Assembly (NCBI GenBank): GCA_002633005.1
Contig: NMRA01000031.1
Coordinates: 520,888-584,887, forward strand
Source: Phoronis australis
Lineage: Eukaryota; Animalia; Phoronida
DNA: 64,000 nt
Direction: 5' to 3'
Below, piece by piece: positions 61,823-64,000 of the stretch. A program made the translations under genes and the position numbers. Numbering within the stretch: the first letter of the stretch is position 1; each line of letters begins with the position of its first letter. The notes under the pieces are model-generated. The model made no database searches, was not told the DNA's origin, and saw only the letters and a list, made by a program, of their open reading frames with translations.

Positions 61823-62791
61823 TTATGGACAATACGCGCCCCTCATTTCCGCAACTTTCTTCAGGAAATCATGATGGTTTCCATGAAAATTTTCGTTGTC
61901 GATAATAGACCTCCAGCTGACGGCCAGTTCTGAGACACCAGGCTGCAGAAAAGAACAAAATAAGTTTATTAACAGTACTAGGTATGTGCCACATTTGAAA
62001 CAATGATGCCTACCTCGTGTTAACGTGATTACTAGTATTCACAGAATAATCAAATCATTCAATGATGGATTAAGAGTAAAACGCTTAATTAAGACGCAAC
62101 CATAACCTCAAGAAGAAAATGAACTAAATTTTAACGAGTGTTGAACTGTAAATTCTCCAATGGCCGTGTTGGTTAAAAGCAAAAACGTATTGTGCTGTCT
62201 TCAAAACCATCTATCAGTTTGTAACAATAAACCAAATTACTCAACAGTACAGTTCATGAATATCTAATCAAACGTATAGAGGACCCCTGATTGACAGGTG
62301 CGGACTGTTACTGACAGCAGATTTATGATCCCCTTTGATAGGTGGCTGGCTGCCCCTCGCAGTCCTTCAGATGTCCAGGCATTGCTTTGCTGCTGTCGTC
62401 AAACAACAGATTTCTGTACTACATCCTCTCCTTCACTTTGAAAAGTTAGTGTAAACAATTTGTGAATTCAAATGTCAATATCTTGTGGTCAGGAGACGTG
62501 ACTCATGCACATGTGAACAAAATGTAGTTTTGACTTGTTATGCAGAACATGAATTTTTGCCTTGGGAGGGAACCATCACACAATTGACCTTAAAGTTGAA
62601 CACAATTGACCTTAAAGTTGACAGCTGATAATCTGAAATTACACACTGCATTCCAAGACGCCAACCAGCAAACTTACATCGAACAAAATCTGATCGAGTG
62701 TATCCCCAGTGTTGTCGTGGAAATTAAGCACAGTGGTCTCAATCCAGGCATTGTCCGTATTTCTTGGGTCATCAGCGTACCCTTCAAACAC
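61823..62791 (-). CDS. last two exons of a NUDT9-like ADP-ribose pyrophosphatase or TRPM2-type channel (NUDT9-H domain); gene continues beyond the window
   Basis: Exon 62678-62791 reads VFEGYADDPRNTDNAWIETTVLNFHDNTGDTLDQILFD. Exon 61823-61942 reads PGVSELAVSWRSIIDNENFHGNHHDFLKKVAEMRGAYCP*. 'GYxDDPRNTDNAWxET' is diagnostic of NUDT9/NUDT9-H. Confidence 0.88.
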
Positions 62792-64000
62792 CTGTCAATG
62801 AATAAACCATGATTATCCACAGGATGGATTGCTCGTCTTCACTTTTTAAAGGCTTCAACTCTCAAAAAGAAAATGGTTTCAATTAAATTAATGTATCCAA
62901 AAAACAAAACGTTTTACTGCATGAGAAATTAGAAATAACTTAAAATTCCATTAATAAAGAAATAGACAAGTCATATTATACTATAAATTTGTAACTTGCA
63001 AGTCTCAAGAACATAAACTGGCCATAAATTTGCCTTTTAAGTCTGAATTGCCATTTATTTGAGTTAGTGTGCGGTCATTTACAGGAGTAAGTACAGCTGA
63101 CTATAGGTTAAAATTAGAATTCGTAAGTAGTTCATCACAACAGAACTATCATGAAGTCGAAAAGCTGCAAAAGTAGACTCCTTATGTTGCAATTATCTTT
63201 GTCAATAACTACAACTTTAGAATTCAAAGAATTAACAGTACCTGGGATAACAAAAGTAATCAAAGAAAATGACCCAGAATTTCCTGCCGAACACAAGTAG
63301 TGTTCAGCGACACTAGCTATCCACCACAGTTAGGAACGGCAGAGAATTTACAGTCAAATGGTAAAAAGGGTGTAGACAGAATGACAAGCCACTACCAGTT
63401 CACAGTTAGTGGAATAAGCTGTCATGAAATGAAAATTGAATTTCATCCGATTACTTAAAATGAGATGTACTCCATTCTACATATTGGTCATTTTTTACAA
63501 GAAGGGGCTCTGCTACAAACGCACAATCCATGTAAAAAAAATCTTCTGATTTTGATCACTTAACCTTATGAACTACATCTCAAATTGTTCCATAGTCAAA
63601 TTAAAGTTGGTTTTTTCAAAGTTTCAGTTGTTATTGCTCAAGACCAGGCTCTGCAAGTTGGCTTGTCATGGCGTGACATTTTATGATTTCTATGAATTAT
63701 GAACTGCCAGTTTTTGCAATCCCAGAAATTACTCCTCGTCTTAATAAGGAACAAGTTGAGGTCAACTTTATGGCGATGAGGGGTCTACAAATCAAAAGTT
63801 GGATATTGGACGGAACGCGGGTTTAAGTTAAGGCCTTCCTTTATATAAGTGGATTTCTTTGCATTTATTGCACAGTTCGGGAAGGTATTACTTAAAAGGA
63901 TATCAAACCCAGTTTTGGGTCATCAACAGATCTCTGAAAGAAAAAAAATGCTCTCTAACTCTCGACAACCCTCAAAAGTTTGGAGGAAAATTTGAAAAAT

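Noticed and set aside
62800-64000. Further exons of the NUDT9-H gene
   Set aside because: Candidate acceptors (e.g. ~63934) give no convincing open, homologous frame.

Overview
This is eukaryotic, AT-rich, intron-rich and transposon-littered DNA from an invertebrate animal (lophotrochozoan-like; the taxon is an inference). I assembled six protein-coding genes by hand from GT-AG exons with consistent phases. (1) A chimeric ~1090-aa gene (6426-14532, +), in which three exons resembling the Hsp90-binding TPR2A domain of STIP1/HOP splice in frame onto one 2.9-kb exon encoding a GlnD/GlnE/DUF294-type nucleotidyltransferase plus a C-terminal TPR array; this is the most novel item. (2) A 13-exon TBC/Rab-GAP with a basic tail rich in S/T-P sites. 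(3) A SMYD4-like TPR-SET-MYND methyltransferase with a single coding exon. (4) An SNX10/11-like PX protein on the minus strand, head-to-head with gene 5. (5) PFDN5, which carries a U12-type minor intron. (6) The 3' end of a NUDT9/TRPM2 NUDT9-H domain gene on the minus strand. Mobile DNA includes a non-LTR RNase H remnant, a pogo/Tigger remnant, a Kolobok-like THAP element, a decayed hAT element and several MITE families. No RNA genes or CRISPR arrays were seen. All family calls come from motif recognition, not database searches.
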